This document shows positions 30,274-40,344 of a stretch of 64,000 nucleotides of DNA, one piece after another. The first letter of the stretch is position 1. Every line of letters starts with the position of its first letter. The translations under genes were made by a program, and so were the position numbers. Source of the DNA: Cyanobacteriota bacterium (GTDB lineage: Bacteria; Cyanobacteriota; Cyanobacteriia; Cyanobacteriales; Nostocaceae); the NCBI GenBank assembly GCA_046045965.1, contig JBJOKS010000018.1:1-64000 (forward strand), written 5' to 3'. The notes below the pieces were generated by a model. It saw nothing but the letters and a program-made list of their open reading frames with translations. It was not told the origin of the DNA and ran no database searches.

Positions 30274-32712
30274 ATGCTGGAAACACGAAGCAATCAACAA
30301 AATGATAGCCCAGCCGCCAAAGAACAGGCATTAGTCCTGCCTTTTAATACCGTTGGAATTGCAGATATTTCCTTTGTAGGGGGGAAAAATGCCTCCTTGG
30401 GAGAGATGATACAGCAGTTGCAACCCCAGGGAGTGAAGGTTCCGACTGGGTTTGCGACCACAGCTTTTGCTTATAGATATTTCATCACCAACGCAGGTTT
30501 AGAAACCAGACTGAGAAAGATTTTTGCAACTTTAGATGTAGAAGATGTAGACAATTTGCGGCAATGTGGAAAGCAAGCGCGATCGCTCATGTTAGAAACG
30601 CCATTTCCGCTAGAATTGCAAGAAGCGATCGCCAGATCCTATCAAGCTTTATGTCAAGAATACGGTGAAGATACAGACGTTGCAGTGCGTTCCAGTGCTA
30701 CCGCAGAAGACTTACCCGATGCTAGTTTTGCAGGTCAACAAGAAACCTACCTCAACGTTCACGGACTCAAAGACGTATTAGAATCTTGCCATAAATGCTT
30801 TGCTTCTATTTTTACCGACCGTGCCATTTCCTACCGACAACAAAGAGGTTTTGATCACTTCGATGTCGCACTGTCAGTAGGCGTGCAAAAAATGGTACGT
30901 TCTGATCTAGCGAGTTCTGGTGTGATGTTCTCCATTGACACTGAAACCGGGTTTAAAAATGCAGCCTTAATTACAGCTGCTTATGGTTTAGGTGAAAACG
31001 TAGTTCAAGGTGCTGTTAACCCAGACGAATATTTGGTATTTAAACCCACCTTAAAACAAGGATATAAACCGATTCTCCAAAAACGTTTGGGGACAAAAGA
31101 AATTAAAATGGTTTATGATGTGGGCGGTACAAAATTAACCAAAAACGTCTCTGTTCTCCCCTCTGAACGCAGCCAATTTGCTCTTACTAATGACGAAATT
31201 CTGCAACTAGCAAACTGGGCTTGCATTATTGAAGACCATTATTCCCAAGTCCGTGGTATGGACACACCAATGGATATTGAATGGGCAAAAGATGGTATAA
31301 CTGGTGAACTATTTATTGTCCAAGCTAGACCAGAAACAGTACAATCTCAAAAATCGAAAACCGTCCTTAAAAGTTATCAACTTCAGGAAAAAGGTGAAGT
31401 TCTGCTCACTGGTCGTAGCGTTGGTGAAATGATTGGACAAGGTAAAGCTAGAGTTATTCTTGATGCCAGTCAAATTAACCTATTCCAAGCAGGTGATGTG
31501 TTAGTTACCAACCGCACAGACCCGGACTGGGAACCAATTATGAAAAAAGCCAGTGCCATTGTTACTAATGCTGGTGGGAGGACTTGTCACGCGGCAATTA
31601 TCGCTAGAGAAATGGGAATTCCTGCCATAGTTGGTTGTGGAAATGCAACAACATTATTAAAGACTGGACAGGAAATTACTGTTAGCTGTGCTGAAGGTGA
31701 AACAGGCAAAGTTTATGCAGGTTTGTTAAACTTTGAAATTCAAGAATTGCCTTTAGAAAACTTGCCTCGTACTCGTACCAAAATTATGATGAATGTGGGC
31801 AACCCAGAGGAAGCTTTAGGTTTAACCGCAATTCCTAATGATGGTGTAGGTTTAGCAAGGATGGAATTTATTATTGCTAACCACATCAAGGCACATCCTT
31901 TAGCATTATTACATTTTGATCAATTAGAAGACGAACTAGCAAAATATAAGATTGCGGAATTAACTTCCCAATACGAAAATAAAGCTGAATTTTTCGTAGC
32001 TCAATTGGCACAAGGTATTGGTACAATTGCCGCAGCATTTTATCCCAAACCTGTCATAGTTCGTTTGTCTGATTTCAAGAGTAATGAATATGCAAACCTC
32101 TTGGGTGGTAGACAATTTGAACCCAAAGAAGAAAACCCGATGATCGGTTGGCGTGGTGCTTCTCGCTACTATGATCCTCGTTACCGTGAAGGTTTCGCCC
32201 TGGAATGTCAAGCGATGAAACGGGTACGTGATGAGATGGGTTTAACTAACATGGTTCTCATGGTTCCTTTCTGTCGTACTCCCGAAGAAGGAAAACGGGT
32301 ACTCGCAGAGATGGCAGCAAATGGCTTGGTACAAGGTGAGAACGGCTTGGAAGTCTATGTAATGTGCGAGTTACCGAGTAACGTGGTACTTGCAGATGAG
32401 TTTAGCCAAGTCTTTGACGGTTTCTCTATTGGTTCTAATGACTTGACACAGTTAACATTAGGATTAGATCGAGATTCTGAATTAGTGGCACATTTGTTTG
32501 ATGAACGCAACGAAGCTGTAAAACGGACAATTGCCAAAGCGATCGCCACCGTTAAAGAAAATAATCGCAAGATTGGTATTTGCGGTCAAGCTCCCAGCGA
32601 TTATCCCGAATTTGCCAGATTCTTGGTAGAATTAGGTATTGATTCTATCAGTCTTAACCCTGATTCTGTAATCAAGACCATGTTAGAAATTGCAGCAGCA
32701 GAAGGGAAATAG
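30274..32712 (+). CDS. ppsA: Phosphoenolpyruvate synthase
   Basis: VGGKNASLGEM, AVRSSATAED, GGRTCHAAIIARE phospho-His, FSIGSNDLTQ. Confidence 0.97.
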   Translation: MLETRSNQQNDSPAAKEQALVLPFNTVGIADISFVGGKNASLGEMIQQLQPQGVKVPTGFATTAFAYRYFITNAGLETRLRKIFATLDVEDVDNLRQCGKQARSLMLETPFPLELQEAIARSYQALCQEYGEDTDVAVRSSATAEDLPDASFAGQQETYLNVHGLKDVLESCHKCFASIFTDRAISYRQQRGFDHFDVALSVGVQKMVRSDLASSGVMFSIDTETGFKNAALITAAYGLGENVVQGAVNPDEYLVFKPTLKQGYKPILQKRLGTKEIKMVYDVGGTKLTKNVSVLPSERSQFALTNDEILQLANWACIIEDHYSQVRGMDTPMDIEWAKDGITGELFIVQARPETVQSQKSKTVLKSYQLQEKGEVLLTGRSVGEMIGQGKARVILDASQINLFQAGDVLVTNRTDPDWEPIMKKASAIVTNAGGRTCHAAIIAREMGIPAIVGCGNATTLLKTGQEITVSCAEGETGKVYAGLLNFEIQELPLENLPRTRTKIMMNVGNPEEALGLTAIPNDGVGLARMEFIIANHIKAHPLALLHFDQLEDELAKYKIAELTSQYENKAEFFVAQLAQGIGTIAAAFYPKPVIVRLSDFKSNEYANLLGGRQFEPKEENPMIGWRGASRYYDPRYREGFALECQAMKRVRDEMGLTNMVLMVPFCRTPEEGKRVLAEMAANGLVQGENGLEVYVMCELPSNVVLADEFSQVFDGFSIGSNDLTQLTLGLDRDSELVAHLFDERNEAVKRTIAKAIATVKENNRKIGICGQAPSDYPEFARFLVELGIDSISLNPDSVIKTMLEIAAAEGK

Positions 32713-32715
32713 AAA

Positions 32716-32823
32716 GCAGGGGAAGCAGGGGAAGTAGGGGAAGCAGGGGAAGCAGGGGAAGCAGGGGAAGATGAATAACCCAGTCCCCAGTTCCCAGTCC
32801 CCAGTCCCCAGTCCCCAGTCCCC
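32716..32823. repeat. STRR arrays (GCAGGGGAA)n and (CCAGTCC)n
   Basis: Tandem 9-mers and 7-mers between ppsA and pyk. Confidence 0.85.
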
Positions 32824-32901
32824 AAATTTGGCAGCAAAAAGTGAATTTAAATATCTGTACAGCCCGAAAGATTTAAAATTTGTAACGGGGAATTTACGAA
32901 T

Positions 32902-34428
32902 ATGCAGCCATTAAATGTGCAAACAAATATTCAAACAAAAACTTTAGCAGGGTTGGATCTTGCCGATCCTGCTAATTTACTGAAAACTTTACAACAACTG
33001 CGTTTGTCTGTTGATCAGGAAGGTAGGGCAATATTTGAACAATGGCGATCGCGCATTCATCGTTCTGAATTTATTAACAGTAGTCTCAATCTAGCCTATT
33101 ATATGGCATTACGCAGACATGATCTGCGTCCACTCCAAGCAGCTTTGATGCCTTGGGGTTTGTCGTCTTTGGGGAGAATAGAAGCCAAGGTTTTGCCAAC
33201 TTTAGATGCGGTGATAGCCACCTTAGCAGCGGTTTGTGGAAGAGAAACCAGTCATCCACCCATTGAAGCATTTTTTGAGGGCGATCGCCTACTCCAACAA
33301 CATACAGAAAATATTTTCGGACAGACTCTGCACCACCGCAGGGTAAGAATCATGGTGACATTACCCAGCCAAGCCGCCACTAATTACGAGTTTGTCCGAG
33401 ATCTAATTCATCAGGGTACTGACTGTGTAAGGATCAACTGCGCCCATGATACACCTATCCAATGGTTGGAGATGATTAACAATGTCCATAAGGCAGCAGC
33501 AGAGATCGGAAATTCCTGTAAAATCCTCATGGATTTAAGCGGACCAAAACCAAGAATTAAATTTGCAGTCGCACCCCATCCCAAAAAACGTATATTTAAA
33601 GGTGAATGTCTCCTCCTGACTCCCGACTCCCCCACAACCATTGGTTCTAAATGTTTCCAAGCCAGTTGCACACTACCAGAAATACTCAAAGAACTCAACG
33701 TAGGGGCTACAGTTTGGATAGATGATGGACGTATCGGGGCGCTTGTAGAGTCGATTACACAAAAAGGGGTATTATTACGAATCACCCATGCTCGGCTCAA
33801 AGGTGAAAAACTATTACCAGATAAAGGACTTAATTTCCCTTATACTGACTTACACCTCAGTTCTCTAACGAAAAAAGACAAACAAGATTTAGACTTTATT
33901 GCTGATCATGCCGATAAAATTGATATTGTCGGCTATTCTTATGTGCAGACACCTGAAGACATTCAGCTTTTACAACAAGAATTAGCAGCAAGATTACCAG
34001 AAAATTTTCCACTTCCAGCTATTGTTGCTAAAATAGAAACACCTCTAGCTGTTAGCAACTTGCCAGAATTAATTGTCCAAGCAGCAGCTAAACAACCCTT
34101 TGGGATTATGATTGCTAGAGGAGATTTAGCTATTGAGATTGGTTATCAACGTTTAGCAGAAATTCAAGAGGAAATTCTCTGGCTTTGTGAAGCTGCCCAT
34201 ATACCCGTAATTTGGGCAACCCAAGTATTAGAAAATCTTGTCAAAGATGGAATGCCATCAAGGGCAGAAATGACTGATGCGGCAATGGCAGAAAGAGCAG
34301 AATGTGTCATGTTAAATAAAGGTCCCCATATTGTGGAAGCTGTGGGAATTTTAGATGATGTTCTCACCAGAATGCAAGCACATCAAGTCAAAAAAACACC
34401 TCAATTGCGTGCGTTACAATCTTGGTAA
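32902..34428 (+). CDS. pyk: Pyruvate kinase, atypical form with N-terminal extension and no C-terminal allosteric domain
   Basis: RINCAHD, DLSGPK, AKIET, MIARGDLAIE, WATQVLE, AECVMLNKG. Confidence 0.9.
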   Translation: MQPLNVQTNIQTKTLAGLDLADPANLLKTLQQLRLSVDQEGRAIFEQWRSRIHRSEFINSSLNLAYYMALRRHDLRPLQAALMPWGLSSLGRIEAKVLPTLDAVIATLAAVCGRETSHPPIEAFFEGDRLLQQHTENIFGQTLHHRRVRIMVTLPSQAATNYEFVRDLIHQGTDCVRINCAHDTPIQWLEMINNVHKAAAEIGNSCKILMDLSGPKPRIKFAVAPHPKKRIFKGECLLLTPDSPTTIGSKCFQASCTLPEILKELNVGATVWIDDGRIGALVESITQKGVLLRITHARLKGEKLLPDKGLNFPYTDLHLSSLTKKDKQDLDFIADHADKIDIVGYSYVQTPEDIQLLQQELAARLPENFPLPAIVAKIETPLAVSNLPELIVQAAAKQPFGIMIARGDLAIEIGYQRLAEIQEEILWLCEAAHIPVIWATQVLENLVKDGMPSRAEMTDAAMAERAECVMLNKGPHIVEAVGILDDVLTRMQAHQVKKTPQLRALQSW

Positions 34429-34463
34429 TTCTTGGTAATTCTAGGTAATTAATAGAATAGCTA

Positions 34464-34493
34464 AAGGGTCTAGTTGTTATCAACCAGACCCTT
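34464..34493 (+). terminator. Hairpin downstream of pyk
   Basis: AAGGGTCTAGTTG-TTAT-CAACCAGACCCTT. Confidence 0.6.
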
Positions 34494-34931
34494 CAGTGTT
34501 ATGCCGTATAGAAAGGGGGACTTTGATCACCGTTACCCAACATTCAGACTCTTGACTCCCGACTCCTGAATTCTGAGGTTTAGTCTTTGGCAGAAAATGA
34601 TCATTTATGCCCCATGAGATCGTACAATAAATTTGTAAGCTAATTGTCTATTCGATTTTGGATTTGGGATTGACTCCACGGATAAATCCGGAGGCTTGCA
34701 GCATCAAGGAATTATTGGTCAGTTAACAATTTTATTGCTCATATTTCCATATAAGTGATTATTTTATCATCTATTTGTTGTTAAAATCATTAAATTAACT
34801 TATGAGCGTGAGAAAAAAAATGCCAAAATGCTTCTAAAATAACCAAAATTAACATTTAAAATCTTTTTATAAACAACAATTTTCTGAGAATGCCCTGATA
34901 TCAATAGGATAATTCAACTCGACGATTACCT

Positions 34932-37913
34932 ATGCAATTAAACGATCAACTAGTTGCTTTGCCAAATTTACATCAAGTTATTGATCGTTATCCCTTGACG
35001 ATTAGCCCTGATAGTCATGTATTAGACGCTATAATCTTGATGAATCAAGAACAAAATAAGAGCGTGGAAATCGTCAACGCCTCAGAATCATTACCAGTGA
35101 GCAAAGGCAGAGAAAAAGCCAGCGGCTATATTTTGGTAGTACAAAAAACACAACTATTAGGAATATTTACGCTTAGAGATGTACTCCGATTAACAGCATT
35201 GGGTAAAGATTTATCCAAGACGAGAATAGCTGAAGTGATGACACAGCAACTCATCACATTGAAAGAATCAGATTTTCAGGATATTTCCACAGTCTTATCA
35301 ATCTTGCAGCAGCATGAAATACATCATTTACCGATTGTGGATAATGGAGAAAAATTAGTAGGAATAGTTACTGAATCTGCACTGTTGGAAGAGTTGGATT
35401 TAGTGGGCATAGTTAGTGTTGTCAAGAGCGTACAGAATTATTTCCAAGAGTCACAAAAATCAACAACAACATCTGATGAATGTCAGGATACAAATCAGCA
35501 AATAAAAGAAGTAGACCGTAAAACGGATAAGGATAATATTTTACACAGATTGTTAGTAGAACGCACAGCAGAATTAGTAGTTGTTAATCAAGCTTTGCAA
35601 CAAGAAATCCAGGAGCGTCAGCAAACAGAAGCAGCATTGCGGAAGAGTGAGGGGATATTTCGCCAATTTGGGGAAAACATTCAAACACAGATCATCTGGA
35701 TTAAATCCTACAATAACGGCGAAACAGTATATGTAAATCCGGCTTATGAGAAAATTTGGGGTCGTTCTTGCCAAAGTCTGTGGGAAAATCCCCAATCTTG
35801 GATGGAAGCCATTCATCCAGAAGATCGCGATGACATTTTGGCAAAAATAGAGGAGCGTCATCAAAAGGGTGAAGGTGTTAGTTTAGAGTATCGCATTGTA
35901 CAACCCAATGGAGCAATCCGCTGGATCTGGAGTAGATGTTTTCCTATTAAGAATGAACAAGGACAGCTAGATTACTATGGCAGTATTACTGAAGATATCA
36001 CTGAGCCTAAACTGGCTGACCAATCTTTGCGAGAAAGTGAAGCGCGACTAACTTTAGCCCTAGAAGCTATCAACATGGGCATTTGGGATTGGGACTTTGG
36101 GACTGATGAAAAGTTGTGGTCTCCAAATATGGGTTTGCTTTATGGCTTGCCCAGTGGCACAGTTTGCCCTAGTATTGATAATTTTCTAAATTTAATTCAT
36201 CCTCAAGACAGAGAATTATTTGTTCAAGGAGTAAAACTTGCGATTGAGCAAAAAAGCGAATTTAGTGTTGAATATCGGGCTGTTTGGCCTGATGGTAGCT
36301 TGCACTGGTTAAGCACTAGAGGAAAAGTCTACTATGACGAACAAAGTCAGCCGATACGGATGATTGGTACAACTAAAGATATCTCTGATCGCAAGGAAAA
36401 AGAACATAAAATTTACGAGCAAGCTGCTTTATTAGATATTGCTACCGATGCCATTTTTGTCCGAGATTTCCAGACAGAGATATTATTCTGGAATCAAGGT
36501 GCAGAAAGGATATATGGTTGGACTAAGGATGAAGCTGTAGGTAAAAATCTCAAGGATCTTTTCTGCCCTAAAACTGCACTACAACAAGAAGCAGCCGCAC
36601 TCAAAGCTGTTCTGAAGTTGGGAACTTGGCAAGGTGAGTTACGTAAACAAAGCAAATCTGGCCAGGAAATTATTGTTGAGAGTCGTTGGACACTGATGTT
36701 TGATGCCGATGGACAACCAAAATCTATCCTGATCGTAGATACTGACATTACCGAAAAGAAACAACTGGAAGAGCAGTTTTTCCGTACTCAAAGATTAGAA
36801 AGTATTGGCACTTTAGCGGGTGGTATTACCCACGACTTGAATAATATATTGACACCTATTTCAGTCGCAGCGCAATTACTTAAAGGCAGATTTGCCAAAG
36901 ATCAAGAACGCCATCCCCATCTATTAACAATCATTGAAAATAATGCTGTACGCGGTGCGGCTTTAGTTAAGCAAATTTTATCCTTTGCGCGGGGACTAAA
37001 AGGAGAACGGACAATTGTACAAGTTAAACACTTGATTACAGAAATTATTCAAATTGCTAAACAGACATTTCCCAAATCTATCGAATTTAGCGCCCAGATA
37101 CCCGAAGACCTTTGGACTGTTTCTGGAGATTCTACACAATTACATCAGGTATTGATGAATCTGGTACTTAATGCCCGTGATGCGATGCCAGAAGGTGGAC
37201 TGCTGACAATTTCGGCGGAAAATAGGTTTATTGATGAAGTATATACCCAGATGCACCTTGAGGCTAATGTGGGGGATTACATTGTGATTAGTGTCACAGA
37301 TACAGGTATGGGGATGTGTCCAGAAATATTAGAGAGGATTTTTGAGCCATTTTTTACTACTAAAGAAGTTGGCGCTGGCACAGGATTGGGTTTGTCTACC
37401 GCAGCATTTATTATTAAAAGTCATAATGGTTTTGTGACAGTCTCTAGTCAAGTTGGTAAAGGCAGTACATTTAAGATATTTTTGCCATCAGTTGAAGCTC
37501 ATCAACTTCCTAGTTTAGAGCAGTTAGAAATACTTCCAGGAACAGGAGAATTAATTTTGGTGGTGGATGATGAACCGCAAATTAGAGATGTGGCGAAAAT
37601 CATTTTGGAAAATCACAATTACCGAACGCTAACTGCTAGTAATGGCATTGAAGCGATCGCACTTTATGCCCAAAATAAACAGCAAATCAGTGCAGTTTTA
37701 ATGGATATGATCATGCCAGAAATGGATGGTGTCACAGCTATTTACACTTTACAAAAAATGAACCCAGAGGTACAAGTGATTGCTTGTAGTGGACTGGGTA
37801 CAATAGAATTATTACCACAATCAGCTGAGACAAAAGTGCAAGCTGTTTTATTAAAACCTTACACGGCAAATGATTTACTCAAAAACTTAAATCAAGTAAT
37901 TCGTAATTCGTAA
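34932..37913 (+). CDS. Hybrid histidine kinase: CBS pair, 3 PAS, HisKA, HATPase, REC
   Basis: GIFTLRDV, PAS repeats, THDLNNIL, NARDAM, FEPFFTTK, LMDMIMPEMDG. Confidence 0.92.
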   Translation: MQLNDQLVALPNLHQVIDRYPLTISPDSHVLDAIILMNQEQNKSVEIVNASESLPVSKGREKASGYILVVQKTQLLGIFTLRDVLRLTALGKDLSKTRIAEVMTQQLITLKESDFQDISTVLSILQQHEIHHLPIVDNGEKLVGIVTESALLEELDLVGIVSVVKSVQNYFQESQKSTTTSDECQDTNQQIKEVDRKTDKDNILHRLLVERTAELVVVNQALQQEIQERQQTEAALRKSEGIFRQFGENIQTQIIWIKSYNNGETVYVNPAYEKIWGRSCQSLWENPQSWMEAIHPEDRDDILAKIEERHQKGEGVSLEYRIVQPNGAIRWIWSRCFPIKNEQGQLDYYGSITEDITEPKLADQSLRESEARLTLALEAINMGIWDWDFGTDEKLWSPNMGLLYGLPSGTVCPSIDNFLNLIHPQDRELFVQGVKLAIEQKSEFSVEYRAVWPDGSLHWLSTRGKVYYDEQSQPIRMIGTTKDISDRKEKEHKIYEQAALLDIATDAIFVRDFQTEILFWNQGAERIYGWTKDEAVGKNLKDLFCPKTALQQEAAALKAVLKLGTWQGELRKQSKSGQEIIVESRWTLMFDADGQPKSILIVDTDITEKKQLEEQFFRTQRLESIGTLAGGITHDLNNILTPISVAAQLLKGRFAKDQERHPHLLTIIENNAVRGAALVKQILSFARGLKGERTIVQVKHLITEIIQIAKQTFPKSIEFSAQIPEDLWTVSGDSTQLHQVLMNLVLNARDAMPEGGLLTISAENRFIDEVYTQMHLEANVGDYIVISVTDTGMGMCPEILERIFEPFFTTKEVGAGTGLGLSTAAFIIKSHNGFVTVSSQVGKGSTFKIFLPSVEAHQLPSLEQLEILPGTGELILVVDDEPQIRDVAKIILENHNYRTLTASNGIEAIALYAQNKQQISAVLMDMIMPEMDGVTAIYTLQKMNPEVQVIACSGLGTIELLPQSAETKVQAVLLKPYTANDLLKNLNQVIRNS

Positions 37914-37964
37914 TTCGTCACAGGAGGCATCACTAATCTCTTTCTGTTCCCTGTTCCCTGTTCC

Positions 37965-39029
37965 CTATTTTTCTCCTATATATATGCCTAAAGAGTGAGC
38001 AATTTGTATTAAATCAGATTTAGGATCAACAAGTGAGGGACTTTTATCTAGAGCATCTTGGATAGGAACAGCTACAGCTTGTCCATTTTGCCAAGCTAAC
38101 ATTTGATCATATTTTTCTTGGGCAATTAAATCAACTGCGGTTTTACCAAATACTGTAGCTGTGAGACGGTCTAAAGCTGAGGGAATACCACCTCGTTGAA
38201 TATGTCCCAAAACAGAAACTCTCGTATCTACTAAATTATTGCTACAACTAGCAATTTGATCTGCAATATATTGACCACGACCACATTTAGGAGAAGAACA
38301 ATTAGCAGGATTATCAACATCTTCTATACTAGAAGTAGCACCTTCAGCAACAACCACGATGGCAAATTTTCGCCGCCAGAGATCGCGCAATTGGCTAAGA
38401 TGATCACACAAACCTTTGATAGTATAAGACCGTTCAGGAATTAAAATCACATCTGCACCACCAGCAATACCAGAATGTAAAGCTAAATGACCAGCAGTGC
38501 GTCCCATTACTTCCACAATCATTACTCGGTCATGACTGGCAGCCGTAAATGTGAGACGATTAATAGCATCAACAACTGTATTTACTGCCGTATCAAAACC
38601 TATCGAGCGTTCTGTTAAAGCTACATCATTATCAATGGTTTTGGGAATAGCAACTAAATTCCAATTACCCAAAGTTGCTAACTCATGGATAATCTTTAAA
38701 CTACCATCTCCACCTACAGCAATTAAAGCATCTAAACCCAATGCTTCATAACTGGCTAAAATTTCCGTTGCAGAAGCTAAAGTATCTCCTTTATTAATAC
38801 TACCTAAAATCGTTCCCCCCATATTTATTAAAGGGTCAATACCTCGTAAGTCCCAACCGTGTAAATTTAGGGGGATAGTTTGCCGTTCTAATAAACCTTG
38901 GGTAGCATAGGGAATACCCACAACTTCCCAATTAAACGTAAGTGTCGCATGACTAACAACTGCTCGAATTACACAGTTTAAACCAGGACAGTCACCACCA
39001 CTTGTAAGAATACCAATGCGTTTTTTCAT
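37965..39029 (-). CDS. pfkA: 6-phosphofructokinase (PfkA family)
   Basis: GILTSGGDCPGLN, GGDGS, PKTIDND, EVMGR, LGHIQRGG. Confidence 0.95.
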   Translation of the reverse strand: MKKRIGILTSGGDCPGLNCVIRAVVSHATLTFNWEVVGIPYATQGLLERQTIPLNLHGWDLRGIDPLINMGGTILGSINKGDTLASATEILASYEALGLDALIAVGGDGSLKIIHELATLGNWNLVAIPKTIDNDVALTERSIGFDTAVNTVVDAINRLTFTAASHDRVMIVEVMGRTAGHLALHSGIAGGADVILIPERSYTIKGLCDHLSQLRDLWRRKFAIVVVAEGATSSIEDVDNPANCSSPKCGRGQYIADQIASCSNNLVDTRVSVLGHIQRGGIPSALDRLTATVFGKTAVDLIAQEKYDQMLAWQNGQAVAVPIQDALDKSPSLVDPKSDLIQIAHSLGIYIGEK

Positions 39030-39032
39030 AAT

Positions 39033-39149
39033 AGGGAACAGGGAACAGGGAACAGGGAACAGGGAACAGGGAACAGGGAACAGGGAACAGGGAACAGGGA
39101 ACAGGGAACAGGGAACAGGGAACAGGGAACAGGGAACAGGGAACAGGGA
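39033..39149. repeat. STRR array (AGGGAAC)x16
   Basis: 16 exact tandem heptamers directly upstream of the pfkA start. Confidence 0.95.
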
Positions 39150-39185
39150 GAGATTAATACCCAGTCCCTAGTCCCCAGTCACTAA

Positions 39186-40217
39186 TCACCTCATCTGTGT
39201 TGACATCTGTGTGTGTCGTCCCCATTCTGGTTTGTAACTTTGTAAAGCCTTCATATACTGAGCGCGTTCAAAGGCGCTAGGATCAGGACAGTTGCGTTGA
39301 CTCATGCTACCCTGCATCTGTTTAACAGACTCATATTCGTGGGTTTCCATCCATTCCCGCACGTCTTTTTCTAGACACCGAATATGATCAATACCATGAC
39401 GTAATAATACTGAACATAGCATAGTTGCATTTGCCCCTACCATCAGCATTTTTATGACATCATGAGCATTGTGAATACCGCTAGTTGCAGCCAGACTACC
39501 TTGAATATGACCATAGAGAATAGCTATCCAGCGCAGAGGTAAACGTATATCTTGAGGTGTACTTAATAGTACATGAGGTTCTACTTCCAAATGCTCTAAA
39601 TTAATATCTGGTTGATAGAACCGATTAAATAATACCAAACCATCAGCCCCAGCTTGATCTAACCGCTTGGCCATATTTGCAGTATTGGTAAAATAGGGAC
39701 TGAGTTTTACAGCTACAGGAATGGTAACTGCGGCTTTAACTCTGGCGAGAATATCAATATATGTGTTTTCAATTTCGTGGCTCGTTAGGTCTATATCTGT
39801 GGGAACATAATAAATATTAAGTTCTAGGGCTGATGCACCTGCTTGTTGAATTAAATGAGCGTAATTAGTCCATCCTCCCACAGAACAACCATTTAAACTA
39901 CCAATAATGGGAATATCTACTTGTTCTTTGGCTTTGCGAATATGGTCTAAATATTCTTCTGGTCCTACGCGGAAAGTTGTAGGTTCAGGAAAATAAGTTA
40001 AGGATTCGGCAAAACTTTCTGTACCATAAGTTAAATGATGATGCAGTTCGTATTTTTCTAAAGTTAATTGTTCTTCAAATAACGAGTGCATAACTACTGC
40101 ACCAGCACCAGCATCTTCCATAAATTTGATATTATCAACTTCTTGGGAGAGGGGAGAAGCTGAAGGTACGAGGGGAGACTTTAATTCTAATCCGAGATAT
40201 GTTGTAGTTATATTCAT
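39186..40217 (-). CDS. Dihydroorotate dehydrogenase-like flavoprotein (PFOR-associated)
   Basis: [31 protein letters not shown]. Confidence 0.85.
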   Translation of the reverse strand: MNITTTYLGLELKSPLVPSASPLSQEVDNIKFMEDAGAGAVVMHSLFEEQLTLEKYELHHHLTYGTESFAESLTYFPEPTTFRVGPEEYLDHIRKAKEQVDIPIIGSLNGCSVGGWTNYAHLIQQAGASALELNIYYVPTDIDLTSHEIENTYIDILARVKAAVTIPVAVKLSPYFTNTANMAKRLDQAGADGLVLFNRFYQPDINLEHLEVEPHVLLSTPQDIRLPLRWIAILYGHIQGSLAATSGIHNAHDVIKMLMVGANATMLCSVLLRHGIDHIRCLEKDVREWMETHEYESVKQMQGSMSQRNCPDPSAFERAQYMKALQSYKPEWGRHTQMSTQMR

Positions 40218-40344
40218 AAGTTTGGTAATGGGTAATGGGTAATTGGTAATTGGTAATTGGTAATTGGTAATTGAGAAATATCAATATATTTGATTATGAA
40301 CATTTCTCAATCCCCAATCAATAATTAATCCAAGATTTACAGGG

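Noticed and set aside
32601..32837. 78-aa minus-strand ORF
   Set aside because: Translation of STRR arrays, antisense to ppsA.
34674..34693. Hairpin resembling an IS200/IS605 end
   Set aside because: No tnpA or tnpB nearby; most likely a dispersed Nostocales repeat.
39033..39149. Possible CRISPR array
   Set aside because: Pure 7-nt tandem repeat with no spacers and no cas genes.
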